Of a DNA stretch of 64,000 nt, positions 43,932 to 52,886 are shown one piece after another. The stretch is taken from positions 224,001 through 288,000 of the forward strand of contig CAVQJC010000004.1 in assembly GCA_963712745.1 (NCBI GenBank). Reading direction: 5' to 3'. The translations under genes were made by a program, and so were the position numbers. Numbering within the stretch: the stretch's first letter is position 1; each line of letters begins with the position of its first letter. The notes beneath the pieces were generated by a model. That model was not told where the DNA came from, ran no database searches, and saw nothing but the letters and a program-made list of their open reading frames with translations. Source of the DNA: an uncultured Chloroflexia bacterium (GTDB taxonomy: Bacteria > Chloroflexota > Limnocylindria > Limnocylindrales > CSP1-4).

Positions 43932-44501
43932 CATGGCTATGGTGGGGAGTCTGGTGGGGACGAGCGGCTGGCAATGCCGCTTCGCTCGACGGGTTTCGAC
44001 GCTGCGCTTGCCGATTTGCGGCGAGTGCGACCGCAACCGCAACATGGAAGCAGACCTTGGCGCCCTCGACTCACAGGATGGCTCGCTCGACGGCATCATC
44101 GACTGGTAGCAGGAGGCTGAAGGCTCGATGGCTTCCGCACTCAGGTGTCTCGGTGTGACACCGGGTGTTGCCGGCATCACGGGTGACGCGGGTGATGCCG
44201 GCTGGAAGACGGTGCGCGGGGCGCTCCCTGGCCTTGCCGACGCACTCGTTGACCGCAACTGAGTGGGTCGCCACGAGGATGCCGGAGACCGTGCTCCGCC
44301 TGTCCACTTCGCTGGCCTGCGCCGATGCCGTCCTATCTTTCTGACTCGAGAGCGCGCATAGTGCAGGCATAGGACGCGGACCGCAGAGCCTCGGGCGGAC
44401 TAGCTCACAGGGTCGCCGCGTGTCCACCGCGTACCCGCCAACCCCTGGCTGGGGCTGTTGCGTCGTCAGCTCGGGATGTGCATCGTCAAGGAGGTCAAGA
44501 C

Positions 44502-44858
44502 ATGGCCGGATTCAGCTACAAGTCGTTCGATTCACCGGATGAGACCCGAACACCGCCGAAGACACGGGTGGATGTCGTCAGGCTCGAAGGCGGGACGGCC
44601 GCCCGCTTCACGTTCCAGCCCGGCTGGAGATGGTCCGAGGCGGTGGGCCCGGTGGTCGGCACGGACTCCTGTCAGTCCCGTCACGTCGGCGCGGTCGCGA
44701 GCGGTCGGATGCACGTGGTCCACCAAGACGGCACGGAGGGCGAGACCGGCCCCGGCGACGCGTACGTCATCGAGCCCGGACACGACGCTTGGGTCGTAGG
44801 GGATGAGCCGTTCGTGGGGTACGAGTTCCAGAGCGCCGAGACGTACGCGAAGGGATAG
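44502..44858 (+). CDS. Cupin-domain protein
   Basis: QPGWRWS...CQSRH...GRMHV...PGHDAWVVG; AAGGAGGT RBS. Confidence 0.9.
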   Translation: MAGFSYKSFDSPDETRTPPKTRVDVVRLEGGTAARFTFQPGWRWSEAVGPVVGTDSCQSRHVGAVASGRMHVVHQDGTEGETGPGDAYVIEPGHDAWVVGDEPFVGYEFQSAETYAKG

Positions 44859-45106
44859 CCCGTCAGCCACGGGGGCGGCCCACGTCACGGGGCGCTGGGT
44901 ACGGTCGGTCCCCGGTCGATCCGATGAGGCCGTGCCGTGCTCTCAGCTGGTCGCGGGCAGGTCCCAAGGATGTGGCACGGTGGTCGTGAGACCACCGTGC
45001 AACTGGAGGCCGATCTCGAATTCTACGAGCGGAGTAGGGGGCCAACTGAGCCTGTTCGAGCGTTTCCTCGACTGGCTGTGGTAGGTCTGGGCACTCGGAC
45101 GGTGTC

Positions 45107-45346
45107 ATGATGGCTGGCCGTGGCCATCCCCGACTTCCGGACTTTGATGCTCCCCTCGATGACGAGGACCCGCTGATGCACTCGATATCGTTGGCCCACC
45201 ACCTCAGGTTCCTCATCCCGGCCCTACTGCTAACGGTCGCCTTCGGCATCTTCGTCAGCCCGTGGACGGTCGTCCCGGTGCTCGCAGTGCTTCTCGTACT
45301 GGCCCTCGTCCTCATCGTCCTCATCGTCCTCAGGAGGACTCGCTGA
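45107..45346 (+). CDS. Small hypothetical membrane protein (2 TM)
   Basis: Strongly hydrophobic C-terminal half ending in RRTR; start uncertain. Confidence 0.55.
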   Translation: MMAGRGHPRLPDFDAPLDDEDPLMHSISLAHHLRFLIPALLLTVAFGIFVSPWTVVPVLAVLLVLALVLIVLIVLRRTR

Positions 45347-45396
45347 ATGGCCGCCTGTGGACTCGCATCGTGGCTGTCAGGGGCTGAGATACGGCC

Positions 45397-45425
45397 AAAG
45401 GGCCCGTCCGCTGGACGGGGCCTTT
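45397..45425. terminator. Bidirectional terminator-like hairpin between convergent genes
   Basis: aaagggcccgtcc-gct-ggacggggccttt. Confidence 0.6.
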
Positions 45426-45442
45426 CTCGACGTGGAGATACG

Positions 45443-46231
45443 TCAGCGCGACACGGGGTCGGGTACTGGCGGGCCGTCGCCGTTCGAGATGAAGCCCATT
45501 ACCGGAACCGTGCCCATGGGGCCCGAGTCCTCGATCGCGTTGATCACCAGGTAGGCGCGAAGCCCGTCGTACGCACCGGCTCCCTCACACCAACCGCCCT
45601 GCACGTCGCCGGGCCCGTTGCTGAGCCCGATGAGGGAGCATGACCAGGTACCGTCCGTGTTCTCGATCGTGTCGAGCGTCTTCCAGATGCTGGCCCCGCC
45701 AGCGAGGTCGTCGAACCCGCTGTCACGTTCCAGGCGCCTGCCCGTCATCCGGGGATCGGTGGTCTCGAAGGTCTGGCCCTGCCAACCGCTATTCAGTGAC
45801 ACGTTGAGACCATTCTCTGTGAACTCTTCGTCGGGCGGATAGGGAGGCATGGGCAGTGGGCGTCCGTCGTACGTGAGCGTCCCGCTGAAGAACGCCCATT
45901 CGTCAGGAACCACGACCTGCGCCTGGGCCCCCCGAGGAGTCAGCCCATCCTCGGGCCCTTGGACCAGCCCCGACAGGGCCAAGCCTGAGCCGATGGTGAG
46001 GACGGCGGCGGCAGCGATGACTCGCGTTGCACTGAACATGGATCTTGACCTCCCATGGATCTGTCGTGTACCGCTGAATGGCCACCACCGCAGGTGGTGG
46101 TGGTCCGCTCGAGGCGATGTCGTGGCGATCTCCCGGGCGAGAGCCATGGCATCAAGCTCGATGGGAGCGCGATCTGAGTAGCGGCGCAGCGCGTGAGCCA
46201 GCCGCAATTCGAATGTGCGTGGTTCAGGCAC
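45443..46231 (-). CDS. Putative anti-sigma factor (short N-domain, one TM, beta-rich extracytoplasmic domain with Cys pair)
   Basis: Overlaps ECF sigma stop; FELRLAHALRRY N-terminus; TM VIAAAAVLTIGSGLAL; DPRMTG, GAGAYDGL. Confidence 0.65.
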   Translation of the reverse strand: MPEPRTFELRLAHALRRYSDRAPIELDAMALAREIATTSPRADHHHLRWWPFSGTRQIHGRSRSMFSATRVIAAAAVLTIGSGLALSGLVQGPEDGLTPRGAQAQVVVPDEWAFFSGTLTYDGRPLPMPPYPPDEEFTENGLNVSLNSGWQGQTFETTDPRMTGRRLERDSGFDDLAGGASIWKTLDTIENTDGTWSCSLIGLSNGPGDVQGGWCEGAGAYDGLRAYLVINAIEDSGPMGTVPVMGFISNGDGPPVPDPVSR

Positions 46232-46766
46232 CGTCAAGGTCCCTCCGAAGTCGCTCGACGGCCCGCGCCAGTCGGCTGCGGACGCCAGATGCGGTCATGC
46301 CGACCTGCTGCGCGATCTCGCGCGAATCGAGGCCGGTAACGTAACGCAGGGCGAGGAGGCTGCGGTCGTCAGGTCTGAGCCGTTGCAGGGCCCGCCGCAG
46401 GTCGACCATGTCGATCTCGTCGGCAGGGTCGTTCGAGCCCATCGATGGCTGGGCGCTCGTGAGTTCCATGATTTCACGACGCTTGTGCCGCCGGACCAGC
46501 TGTCGCGCCTCATTGGCACAGATAGCGACGAGCCAGGGGCGGACACGTTCCGGTTCCCGAAGCGATGGCAAGCGCTTCCAGGCGATCACCCAGGCACTCT
46601 GCGCAGCCTCTCGTGCGAGCTCGACGTCACCCACCACCACGTACGCTGCACGCACCATTGGTTCGTGGTGCTGCGCGATCAGACGCGCGAACGCGACCTC
46701 GTCCCCGGAAGCAGCCTGGCTGACCGTGAACGTCGGATCTGTTGCGTCCAGGACGGTGCTCTCCAT
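46224..46766 (-). CDS. ECF RNA polymerase sigma factor
   Basis: GDEVAFARL, AQSAWVIAW, PWLVAICANEAR, region 4 LDSREIAQQVGMTASGVRSRL. Confidence 0.92.
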   Translation of the reverse strand: MESTVLDATDPTFTVSQAASGDEVAFARLIAQHHEPMVRAAYVVVGDVELAREAAQSAWVIAWKRLPSLREPERVRPWLVAICANEARQLVRRHKRREIMELTSAQPSMGSNDPADEIDMVDLRRALQRLRPDDRSLLALRYVTGLDSREIAQQVGMTASGVRSRLARAVERLRRDLDGA

Positions 46767-46773
46767 GGTAAGG

Positions 46774-46800
46774 AGATGTCCCCCGCAGGCAGAGTGTCCC
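46774..46800 (-). promoter_or_regulatory. Putative ECF-type autoregulatory promoter, leaderless
   Basis: GGGACA-N16-CATCT, 7 nt upstream of the sigma ATG. Confidence 0.45.
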
Positions 46801-46809
46801 AGAATCGAT

Positions 46810-47780
46810 CGAGCTGCCTGCCGCTTCCGTGGGAGGAGGGGACTGCCCGAAGACGGGGACCCGCTCCCGCTCGCTCGTGGCGTCGCGGAGGCGGACCTTG
46901 GCTCGTCGATGCCGGCTCGTTGACGGGCTTGCTTCCCGGCCTCGCGCAAAGGTGCCCGGGCGGTCCGGTGGGGTTCGTCACGGTTAGGTGAGCGCGGCCG
47001 TTGCCGGGGCACACCACGACCGCCGCGACAGGGCTTGTGCCGATGCCGAACGGCCCCGACGCTGGTAGGAGCCGGACGCACAGGCAGGCGTGCGTCCGGC
47101 TATCTCTCCCAGCGATGCGGAAGCAGGCCCTTGCTCGTCCACCAGAGGAGGGTCGACGGGTGCCAACCCGTCGATGGCACCCTGGTGAACGCCGGACAAC
47201 CACCCAGGTCTCCGTGCCTGGTCTCGTCCCGACAGCGGGTCGCCTCACCCCTGTCTCGGGTCGCTCGGGTTCGCGACGGTGAGAGCCCCGCACACGCCTT
47301 CCTCCCGGGTGATGCCGTTCCCCGCCGTCGTCTCCGGGTCCCAGATCACGCCCTTGCTGGAGAAACGGAGCGTGAACGGGACAGGCTCGTTCGCTTCGGC
47401 CTCTGCGGCACCCGGGGCCAAGCCCCGCGCGATCCTCTACAGGGTATGGGGGTCTCAACCGAGTGATCGGCCAAGTTCCCCCTTCACGGCCGTTGGCGTG
47501 GCGCTGGATGCCGGAATCGAGACTCGGCGAGGGGCCGCATCGAGGCCTTCCTGGAAGTCGAGTAATCTGACCGCCCGTCGACCGGTCGTACTGGTCGACG
47601 AACTCGGGCCTCCCTCAGGGGTGTCCAGCCCATGGTTCGCGTTGCCATGATCGGGCCGTCAACTCCTTGGCCCGACCGACTGCCTGACATCAGATCCGAA
47701 CGGAGGACCATCACCGATGCGATCCCTCAGGACCGATAGGCCGACCGCCGGTGTCGCCGCCGTGGCATGTCCATGCATGT
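46810..47780. ncRNA. Candidate large structured ncRNA (unidentified, strand unresolved)
   Basis: ~1 kb without a credible ORF; many local hairpins and at least one long-range pairing (see findings). Confidence 0.35.
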
Positions 47781-47835
47781 GGCGAACGTATGGTGACTCG
47801 GCGCGCGCCGTCGCCCGTCACGCTGGGACCCGTTG

Positions 47836-48396
47836 ATGGACGTCGGCACGATCACCGACATCTACGGGGCGCTCGGCCTCGTCGCGATCCTGATGGTGAT
47901 GTGGTTCGGAGTGATGTTCGTGGCATCGCTGATCTCGTCGTCTGCCGGCGAGAGCTACGCCCACTTGCGCCGACGCATCGGCCCGTCCGCCATCGCAGGG
48001 GCCTGGGTCGTGGCATCGCTAGCGATGGCCGGAAGCCTCTACTTCTCCGAGGTGGCCAACTACACGCCGTGCACCCTGTGCTGGTACCAGAGGATCGCCA
48101 TGTATCCGCTCGTGCTCATCCTGGGCATCGCTGCCATCCGGCGTGACATCGGCATCCGCATCTACGCCATCCCCGTGGCCGCGGTCGGCCTGGTCATCTC
48201 CAGCTACCACTACCTGCTCGAGTGGTTCCCCGAGATCGACGCCGGCGTCTGCAAGGTCGGCATCCCGTGCTCGCAGGTGTGGTTCCGCGAGTTCGGCTTC
48301 GTCAGCCTCCCATTCCTCGCGCTGATCGCGTTCGCGCTGGTGATCACCCTGCTACTGATCCCGATGCGGACGCCACCGCAGGGGTCGTCCGCCTAG
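47836..48396 (+). CDS. Disulfide bond formation protein DsbB/BdbC family
   Basis: [22 protein letters not shown], second Cys pair [15 protein letters not shown]. Confidence 0.92.
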   Translation: MDVGTITDIYGALGLVAILMVMWFGVMFVASLISSSAGESYAHLRRRIGPSAIAGAWVVASLAMAGSLYFSEVANYTPCTLCWYQRIAMYPLVLILGIAAIRRDIGIRIYAIPVAAVGLVISSYHYLLEWFPEIDAGVCKVGIPCSQVWFREFGFVSLPFLALIAFALVITLLLIPMRTPPQGSSA

Positions 48397-49226
48397 CTCG
48401 GAACGGGGACGAGCGTCTCCGAGTCGCCACGCACGACCGCGTCCATCTGGACCGACTCGGCGTCGTCAGGCACGGGCTCATCGGGCCCGAGCTCGGCATC
48501 GGCGGCAGCCGCGAGAGCCGCGGCCATGGCCGCCTCTTCGACGATCGAGCGCTCCGCCTCGACGGCGTCGGCAGCGCGCTGGGCCTTGAGCTCGCTGAGA
48601 TCGGCTTCACCGGCGAGCTCCCAGCGCATCTCCTGGAACCGCGCCGAGCTGGCCTGGTAGCGTTCGTCGACGTCGGCCCACTTGGCCAGGCATACCACGG
48701 CCGCCTCGCGGTACACGCGCCAAGCACGGACGAGCGCCACTTCCAGCGCCGGCTCGGCTTCAGCCGGGGCCACGGCCAGGCCGGCCACGGCCAGGCCACG
48801 ACGCAGAGGGTGCAGGCAACGCTCGAAGAGGAAGACGAGCGACTGGGGGATACCGGAGGCGGAGTCCTTCGGACGCGGCATGAGAGCGGCGCCGAACCCG
48901 TTCACGTCGGTCGGGCTCATGCCAGGTGTCGGCGCGATCCAGAAGTCACAGGACTCGATCTCCCGCTCGACTTCCGCGCGCATGGCCGCGACCTGCTCCT
49001 CGGTCCAGAAGCGCAGCTCGGCGATGTCTCTGTCGCTGAGCTTGGCCATGACCTCGACCGAGGCACCGCGCGCAGCGTCGACACGGCGCTGCGCCACGGA
49101 TCCGATGTACTCCACCGCAGCGGACGTCAGCGCCGCCTGTGGCTTGACGAGAGCATCGAGTGCCGCGGTCGCGAGGCGGCGGGCCTCGGCGATGGCCAGA
49201 TCGAGTTGCCGGAGCTCTTCATCCAT
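48393..49226 (-). CDS. Hypothetical helical protein
   Basis: 277-aa ORF with GC3 bias and acidic C-terminus; no recognised motif. Confidence 0.7.
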   Translation of the reverse strand: MDEELRQLDLAIAEARRLATAALDALVKPQAALTSAAVEYIGSVAQRRVDAARGASVEVMAKLSDRDIAELRFWTEEQVAAMRAEVEREIESCDFWIAPTPGMSPTDVNGFGAALMPRPKDSASGIPQSLVFLFERCLHPLRRGLAVAGLAVAPAEAEPALEVALVRAWRVYREAAVVCLAKWADVDERYQASSARFQEMRWELAGEADLSELKAQRAADAVEAERSIVEEAAMAAALAAAADAELGPDEPVPDDAESVQMDAVVRGDSETLVPVPS

Positions 49227-49410
49227 GACGCTACCCTGACGAGACCGATACAGGTCGGCCGACGCGAGTATCCGGTGGTGCCCGATACTCGTCACGACGA
49301 CCATCGGGCCATCTCCGGTCGACCGACCGGACCAGCAGCGCCTCCGCACGACGCTGACGACCTCCCCGCAAGAGGAGGTCTTGGGGCCTGTGGCCGGTTC
49401 TGGTGGTCGT

Positions 49411-49614
49411 CTAAGCGGCCGTCCGGCGCGCCGCGGACGTCGTCTCTGGACGCTCGGTGAACGCGGGGTGGCCACCGGCGGCGGTGCAGGCCTCGACCCA
49501 CCGGTGCGTGCCGTTGCAGAGATAGCACCAGGCGGTGGCCGGCGTGGGCCAGCCTGCCTTGCGTTCCTTCTGCCCGATGGTTCGTCCGTACTTGCCGGCT
49601 GTGTGCTTGGTCAT
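49411..49614 (-). CDS. Small basic protein with CxxCx3Hx5C putative Zn site
   Basis: GAGGGAG RBS 4 nt before ATG; MTKHTAGKYG...WCYLCNGTHRWVEAC. Confidence 0.55.
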   Translation of the reverse strand: MTKHTAGKYGRTIGQKERKAGWPTPATAWCYLCNGTHRWVEACTAAGGHPAFTERPETTSAARRTAA

Positions 49615-49801
49615 GGCGCTCCCTCGGTCGTGGTCAGGCCCGATCGGGGCGCTGTTCGAGACTGATGGTCGCCGCCGCAGGGTCTTGCGGTCATGGGTCC
49701 AGGTCGGCAGAACGGGGCGCCCGGGCATTGCCGAGAGTGTGCAGCGTCGAGGTGACCGCAGGGCTATTGACGGCTGTGCGCCCAAACCCGAAGGTGCGCG
49801 C

Positions 49802-50089
49802 ATGGACGGACTCGTGTTCGCACTGCTCGCGCTCATCGTGGCCATCGTGGCTGCGGCAGCCCTAATCGTGATGTTCTTCAAGCGTCGCGATCTGCCTGAG
49901 AGTCAGACCGTGGATTTCCGCGCCTACTTCGTCGTCGGCGTGGTGCTGCTGCTGATGGGCGTGGGCATGGCCGTGCTGCTGGTCACGACCATGGACGGCT
50001 GGTGGATCCCCACGATCCCGCTATTCGTCCTCGGCGCTGTGTACGTGTTCCTTGGCTGGTCGAACCGCGAGAAGTGGCTCCAACGCTAG
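49802..50089 (+). CDS. Small hypothetical membrane protein (3 TM)
   Basis: Three hydrophobic helices; ends GWSNREKW; TTGACG -35-like element upstream. Confidence 0.75.
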   Translation: MDGLVFALLALIVAIVAAAALIVMFFKRRDLPESQTVDFRAYFVVGVVLLLMGVGMAVLLVTTMDGWWIPTIPLFVLGAVYVFLGWSNREKWLQR

Positions 50090-50235
50090 GCCGGCTCTCT
50101 TGCGTCCGGATACCTTCGCACGCAGGCCCGCCTGACCCGGTGGAGGTTCACGCGGCTGACATCGGGCCCTGAGGAAGGGGGCGGACTGCCCCACAACTGC
50201 CGCCGGGCCAATTCGAAGGCCCCGGAGTACCATCG

Positions 50236-51765
50236 ATGCACGTGCACGAACGGGACTCGGAAGACGCGGGCGTGGGGGCTGACGGCCTCGACGCCGCACA
50301 ACGCTCCGCCACGGGTGACATGCCCGCACCCGAGCTTCGGGCTGCGCTCCACCACGCGGCCGACATCGTGGCCGACTACCTCGAGCGGGTCGAGGACTTC
50401 GCGGTGCTGCCGAAGGTCCATCCGGGCGAGCTGACCGAACAGCTCGACGGCCCGCCACCGGAGGACCCCCAGCCACTGGCCGACATCCTGCGTGACCTGG
50501 TGACCGAGGTCGTGCCCAACGTCACCCACTGGCAGAGCCCGCACAACCTCGCCTACTTCAGCTCGAACGCCTCGGGCGTCGGCATCATCGGCGAGCTCAT
50601 CAGCAGCGGGCTCAACAGCAACGCCTTCCTCTGGCGCGTCTCGCCGGCCGGTACGGAACTGGAGGGCATCACCGTGAACTGGCTGCGTGCGGGTCTCGGG
50701 CTGCCGGACACGTTCGACGGCGTCTTCAACGACACGGCCTCCATCAGCACGCTCTCCGGGCTCGCCTGCGCGCGACAGCAAGCCACCGGCAACGCCGCCC
50801 AGGCCGGCCTTCGCGCCTGGCCACCGCTGCGCATCTACAGCTCCAGCCAGGCCCACTCCTCGGTCGCGCGGGCGGCCATGATCCTGGGCATCGGCCGGGA
50901 TGGGGTCCGCGCCATAGACGTCGACGATCGGCTGGCCATGGATCCCGCGGCACTGCGGGCTGCCATCACCGAGGACCGCGAGAACGGCTGGCTGCCGGCC
51001 GGCCTGGTGGCCACCGTGGGCACCACCTCGACTACCGCGGTCGACCCTGTCGACGCCATCGCCGACGTGGCCGAGGATGAAGGGCTGTGGCTGCACGTGG
51101 ACGCGGCCTATGCCGGCTCCACCGCCCTCATCCCGTCGATGCGCCACTACTTCAGCGGCTGGGAGCGCGCCGATTCCATCGTGGTCAACCCGCACAAGTG
51201 GATGTTCACGCCCTTCGACTGCTCGCTGCTGCTGACCCGTCGCATGGGGGTGCTGCGTGATGCCCTCAGCCTCGTGCCCGAGTACCTGCGCTCATACGAC
51301 GAGAGGGGCACCGGGCGCGACTACAGCGAGTACGTACCCCAGCTCGGCCGGAAGGCCCGCGGCATCAAGATGTGGATGCAGCTGCGCTACTTCGGCCTGT
51401 CCGGCCTGCGCCGGCGGCTGCAGGTGCATCTCGACCTGGCCCAGGAGCTGGCCGGCTGGATCGAGGCCGACCCCGATGCCGAGCTGCTCTTCCCAGTGCC
51501 CTTCGGAGTCGTCTGCTTCCGGCTGCGGCCCTCTCGCTACTCGGGCAGGGAAGGGGAGCCGGAGGTGGCTGCGGCCGTCGACCACCTGAACGAACGCGTG
51601 ATGAACCAGGTCAATGACAGCGGCGAGCTCTTCCTCTCACACACGAAGATCGAAGGCCGGTTCGTGCTGCGCGCGGCCATCGGCAATATCCGCACCGAGC
51701 GGCGCCACATCGAACAAGCCTGGACCTCACTCCGGGCGGCGGCCGATCGGCTGGACGGCGCGTGA
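50236..51765 (+). CDS. PLP-dependent group II decarboxylase (aromatic-L-amino-acid decarboxylase-like)
   Basis: THWQSP, SPAGTELE, AHSSV, TVGTT, LHVDAAYAG, NPHKW. Confidence 0.93.
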   Translation: MHVHERDSEDAGVGADGLDAAQRSATGDMPAPELRAALHHAADIVADYLERVEDFAVLPKVHPGELTEQLDGPPPEDPQPLADILRDLVTEVVPNVTHWQSPHNLAYFSSNASGVGIIGELISSGLNSNAFLWRVSPAGTELEGITVNWLRAGLGLPDTFDGVFNDTASISTLSGLACARQQATGNAAQAGLRAWPPLRIYSSSQAHSSVARAAMILGIGRDGVRAIDVDDRLAMDPAALRAAITEDRENGWLPAGLVATVGTTSTTAVDPVDAIADVAEDEGLWLHVDAAYAGSTALIPSMRHYFSGWERADSIVVNPHKWMFTPFDCSLLLTRRMGVLRDALSLVPEYLRSYDERGTGRDYSEYVPQLGRKARGIKMWMQLRYFGLSGLRRRLQVHLDLAQELAGWIEADPDAELLFPVPFGVVCFRLRPSRYSGREGEPEVAAAVDHLNERVMNQVNDSGELFLSHTKIEGRFVLRAAIGNIRTERRHIEQAWTSLRAAADRLDGA

Positions 51766-51767
51766 GA

Positions 51768-52835
51768 ATGCGCCGCTCCACCTTCGCCGGTCTGCTGGGG
51801 GCAGCGTCATTCCTGGCCGCCACGCTCGTCGTCGCTCCCGATGGCGCGAGGCCGGTACTCGGGCAGGGGGTCGGTGGGGCCACCTGGACGCCGGCCTCGT
51901 CCTCCACGACCGCCATGCCCAGCCGCTTCCTGCTCTCGGGCGACTCCATCACCTATCGCACGGAGGCGGTGTGGGACACGGCGCAGGCACGCGGGTTGGC
52001 TCGCTACGAGGACGATGGACTGCGCTACACGCTCGAGGCCAACGACCGCAGCGGACGACTCAGTGCCACCGGCTACTGGGCCACCAACCTGCCCGACCCG
52101 GCCTACGATCGCGACGACGACGATGGCGACCGTCGCTGGGAGGAAGCCGAGATCGTGGCGGGGAAGCAGGGTCCAAAGGCCGACCACACCTACACCACCA
52201 GCGTGCAGTTCTCCCGCTGGTACCCCAAGCGCGTCAAGGGTGTCTGCGAATGGGCCTGGGACCGCCGCCGGGGCAGCACGGAGATCCTCTCACAGCTCTC
52301 GCGTGACCTGTTCGGCGAGTGGCAGGCTGAGCGCTACACGTTGACCTACGAGACGCTGCCGTACGAACGCGTAGAGGTGGGCCCCCCTGTCCCCCAGGGC
52401 GCCTCACGCGCTCGCTGTCGCGACGCCGACCCCGGGGTCAACCAGTCTGGCTACACCATCACCTTCAGCCGGCCTTTGAGCTGGTCCGAGTTCCGGGCGC
52501 TGGTCAGTGCGGGCGTCGTCCGCTGGACGGCGTGGGAGGCGGTCGGAAGTAGTGCCCAGGACAAGCTCGTGTGGACCTGTGGCGGCCCCGCCGACGACGT
52601 CAAGCGATTGGGTCCCTGTCGTGCCTTGGGCATGTCGGTCGACGGCGTCAGCGCCGCCGTCGGCTACCTCGACGACATCGCCGTGAGCCAGCTCCGTGCG
52701 CATGACCAGGTGGTCTCGGTAGAGGGCCTGCGGGATCCGCTGACCGGTCTGCTCTACGACTTCGGCGGATTCGGCGTGGAGCGGCCGGGCCTGACCGTCA
52801 ACGACCGCTACTGGGACCTCGTCCTCGCCGACTGA
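51768..52835 (+). CDS. Hypothetical secreted protein
   Basis: MRRST plus hydrophobic signal; DRDDDDGD acidic motif; four Cys. Confidence 0.7.
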   Translation: MRRSTFAGLLGAASFLAATLVVAPDGARPVLGQGVGGATWTPASSSTTAMPSRFLLSGDSITYRTEAVWDTAQARGLARYEDDGLRYTLEANDRSGRLSATGYWATNLPDPAYDRDDDDGDRRWEEAEIVAGKQGPKADHTYTTSVQFSRWYPKRVKGVCEWAWDRRRGSTEILSQLSRDLFGEWQAERYTLTYETLPYERVEVGPPVPQGASRARCRDADPGVNQSGYTITFSRPLSWSEFRALVSAGVVRWTAWEAVGSSAQDKLVWTCGGPADDVKRLGPCRALGMSVDGVSAAVGYLDDIAVSQLRAHDQVVSVEGLRDPLTGLLYDFGGFGVERPGLTVNDRYWDLVLAD

Positions 52836-52886
52836 CCTCATCCATGCGAACATTCGCACTCCCGACTCACGAACGAAGGAGATGAC

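Noticed and set aside
43930-44480. ORFs 43860..44258 (-) and 44071..44427 (-) as real genes
   Set aside because: No RBS, motif or host-like codon bias; the PASPASPV stretch arises from a local inverted repeat (gccggcatcac/gtgatgccggc).
47066-47105. GAGCCGGACGCAC...GTGCGTCCGGCT resembles group II intron domain V
   Set aside because: It lacks the 2-nt catalytic bulge, the GNRA loop and a following domain VI/AY end, and there is no RT ORF.
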